Assembly (NCBI RefSeq): GCF_964194025.1 | Contig: NC_134475.1 | Location: 64,976,001 to 65,040,000, forward strand | Length of the DNA: 64,000 bases | Direction of reading: 5' to 3' | Source: Convolutriloba macropyga | Taxonomy: Eukaryota | In this document: positions 61,700 to 64,000 of the stretch, in pieces | How positions within the stretch are numbered: position 1 is the stretch's first letter | How the letters are laid out: the number at the start of each line of letters is the position of its first letter | Translations under genes and position numbers: made by a program | Notes under the pieces: model-generated | Told to the model about the DNA's origin: nothing | Database searches by the model: none | Seen by the model: the letters and a program-made list of their open reading frames with translations, nothing else

Positions 61700-62640
61700 C
61701 TTGTAAATGTATATATATTTTGAAATAAAAGTGAGACATCCTACATAATTTTGAATTTTCTTTTTATTTTTGGGTGTATGTAACTTTAAAAATCCGTCTA
61801 TTTTTGATTTGAGTGAATGTATATGGTTATTTTGAGTTTGATGTCCTAAAAATTTAACTGAATCTAAGAAAAAGAAAGATATATCTGGAGCGGCTTTGAG
61901 GTTTTCATTCTTTAGAACAGTGTGATATTGAGTGAGTGTTTGTACATTGTGTCTGTTGTTGTATCTGGGATGACAAAACCATCATAATAAGTAATCATTT
62001 TGTTTTTTCTAATAAGTGGTTTACAAATGCTGCTAATAAAAGATGAGAAAGCTGCTGGGCCAATAGAAATACCGTAGAATAGGCGCTTAAAACAATATTG
62101 TTGTGCAGCAGTCACAAAATTCGTGAGTCTTTGTGATGGTTTATCAAGCGGCATTTGGTTATATGCACTGTTCATATCAGCTATAGAGAAGATTGGTCCC
62201 TTAATACGTGTTAAAATAATTTTTATTGGTTCTATGGGCCAACTTCATTTTGTTTTGTCAAGGATCGTATTTAATTGACGAGCATCTAGGACAATTTTTA
62301 GTGATTGTCCCTTTTTGAGGTTGATTACTGGGTTAATAAATGTGTTTCCAGTGGTTAAAGAGTCTGTATTTACGGTTGCAATGATGTCAAAATGTGTTAA
62401 TATGTCGAGTAAGTGTTGTACTCTATCTTGTAATTGGAGTGGGATATGAGTAGCTCTTTGCTTTTTAAAGATAGCTGTTGCTTTTAGGGGTAGGTTTAGT
62501 TTTAACTTAATTTTTCCAACATCAAATTTGGAGGTTGAATAGCATTTTTTAAATTTTGTGAGAAGTTATGCTAATTTTTCAAACTGTATATGTGTTAGTT
62601 TTGTGTGTTCAAAATTAAACATGGTGAGAAATTCTGCATC
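61700..62640 (-). pseudogene. Gypsy reverse transcriptase
   Basis: IVLDARQLN, WPIEP, FSIADMNSAYNQM, FKRLFYGISIGPAAF, YYDG (decayed YxDD), FLGH. Confidence 0.9.
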
Positions 62641-62697
62641 TGTTTCAGTGAATTTTGAGACGTTAAATGGTATGGTGAAGTTTTTCTGTTCTGATTG

Positions 62698-63990
62698 TTA
62701 TTTACGTTCTTGTTGTTTACTGAGAATTAAACAATAGAGTTTTTTAAGTGTTTCTGATGTACCTTGGGTGAGGTAACTTAAAGTATAAGCTTCCATTAAT
62801 TCAGTGAGTTCATTTATGTGATATCTTGTGGGATGATAGCCATTAAGTGAAACATCTTGTTGTGCATATCCAATTATTCCTTTTACAAATGTTAAAGGGT
62901 GATTCAAAGGGTTTAGTATTAGTATTTGAATAAATGACTGATAGGGATATTCGAGTATTTTCATATCCATTATAGAGGAAAACATATTTTTGCGTAGTGG
63001 TATGAATGAAAAGTCAGATGTGTAAAGGATGGTACCATTTGCATTTTTATACTTACATCCATATGCAGTTGAAGAATAAGTTAAAATTCGGTATTCAGAA
63101 GGTGTGAAGTATATTGATTGATCTTCCATTACTGGAAATAATCGTGAATAATACGGGGGTGTTTTAATTGAAGAATCATAAAGTTTTAGTGATTTGATAT
63201 CATTATTATATTTGATCTCAAATTTTTGAGATGAACATTTTATTGAATATACATATTTTTCTAGGAAATGTGAACCTAGAATATTAAATTTTATGTTTGA
63301 TACATGAAAAGTCAGTGTATATGAAGTGTTTTTGAGAGTCCGACTTTCCGTTACATCTGGATAAAGTGTAAGTTTTATTGTGCCACTTGACTGTAATTTA
63401 GAACTATTTGCTGCTGAGAGAACAAGTGTTGTTGCTTTTAGCTGTAATTTGTGGTATTCTTTGATTTCATTCCAATTGTCAGTATTTAATATATTAAGTC
63501 TTGCACCAGAGTCTAGTAGATAATATATATCTAGTTGCGGTGGAGAGATTGTTTTCTTATGATCAGGTGTTTGTTGTGTGTCTATTGTAAGTGGAAGTAC
63601 CCATATATTGTTTTTACAGGAGGTAGAAAAAATGTATTCTTCTGTGAGAGTGTTACATTTCTCTTGGCAGTTGAAGTATTCATCTTGGGTGTCCTGGTTT
63701 AGTTCTAAACGTAAATCGTTAAATTGTTGTTCGAGGAGTGTTTCCTCGGAGACTTTTGGTGTGTCTGTATTTTCAGTATTTAACGTAGTGTTGTCTGATT
63801 GTTCTTGATATAGCAATGAAATTCCTAACATTACGAAGTCTTTTTCGTGAGAACGGTCGTCGTGAGCGATTTCCGTCTCGGTTATAGAGAGGCGATTGTG
63901 GTCTAGAATTATATTGAGAGTTAGTTTGAAAATTCGGTCTTGGGTATGGTGAACCGTTTCTACTCGGTGGTTTAAAATTGCTATTCCCAT
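62698..63990 (-). CDS. Gag end / aspartic protease region of the Gypsy polyprotein (fragment)
   Basis: YLLDSGARLNIL active site, NILGSHFL; followed by PR-RT linker with ILILNP..PLT..KGIIGYA. Confidence 0.85.
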   Translation of the reverse strand: MGIAILNHRVETVHHTQDRIFKLTLNIILDHNRLSITETEIAHDDRSHEKDFVMLGISLLYQEQSDNTTLNTENTDTPKVSEETLLEQQFNDLRLELNQDTQDEYFNCQEKCNTLTEEYIFSTSCKNNIWVLPLTIDTQQTPDHKKTISPPQLDIYYLLDSGARLNILNTDNWNEIKEYHKLQLKATTLVLSAANSSKLQSSGTIKLTLYPDVTESRTLKNTSYTLTFHVSNIKFNILGSHFLEKYVYSIKCSSQKFEIKYNNDIKSLKLYDSSIKTPPYYSRLFPVMEDQSIYFTPSEYRILTYSSTAYGCKYKNANGTILYTSDFSFIPLRKNMFSSIMDMKILEYPYQSFIQILILNPLNHPLTFVKGIIGYAQQDVSLNGYHPTRYHINELTELMEAYTLSYLTQGTSETLKKLYCLILSKQQERK

Positions 63991-64000
63991 AGTAGGGTTT

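Larger units (their letters stand above)
50764..64000 (-). mobile_element. Decayed env-bearing Ty3/Gypsy LTR retroelement (endogenous retrovirus-like); 5' end lies beyond the window
   Basis: Order PR-RT-RNaseH-INT-(ORF X)-env-(ORF Y)-PPT-LTR on the minus strand; many stops and frameshifts. Confidence 0.9.

Overview
AT-rich, repeat-dominated eukaryotic (animal-like, probably invertebrate) DNA with two assembly gaps; the taxon cannot be determined from this window. There are two probable host genes. (1) A spliced minus-strand gene encodes a small secreted 12-Cys peptide, with coding exons at ~12.1-13.0 kb duplicated at ~15.8-16.6 kb by a 3685-bp tandem duplication. Its first intron appears to hold a ~13-kb nested TE stack: a CCC-type TIR element containing a decayed, internally triplicated BEL/Pao retrotransposon. 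(2) A 565-aa SPPL2-like multi-pass membrane protein (42066-43763) lacks the YD, GxGD and PAL catalytic motifs and is a candidate pseudoprotease. The right-hand ~13 kb is a decayed Ty3/Gypsy element (PR-RT-RH-INT) with a chuvirus/herpes-gB-like class III envelope gene and two extra accessory coding regions, i.e. a complex endogenous retrovirus-like element. The rest contains Merlin-like MITEs (8-bp TSDs, three nested inside each other), CCC-terminal MITEs carrying a tRNA-derived Pol III promoter, a ~350-bp satellite, microsatellites and a 1652-bp tandem duplication. All homology calls are by-eye motif recognition, not database searches.
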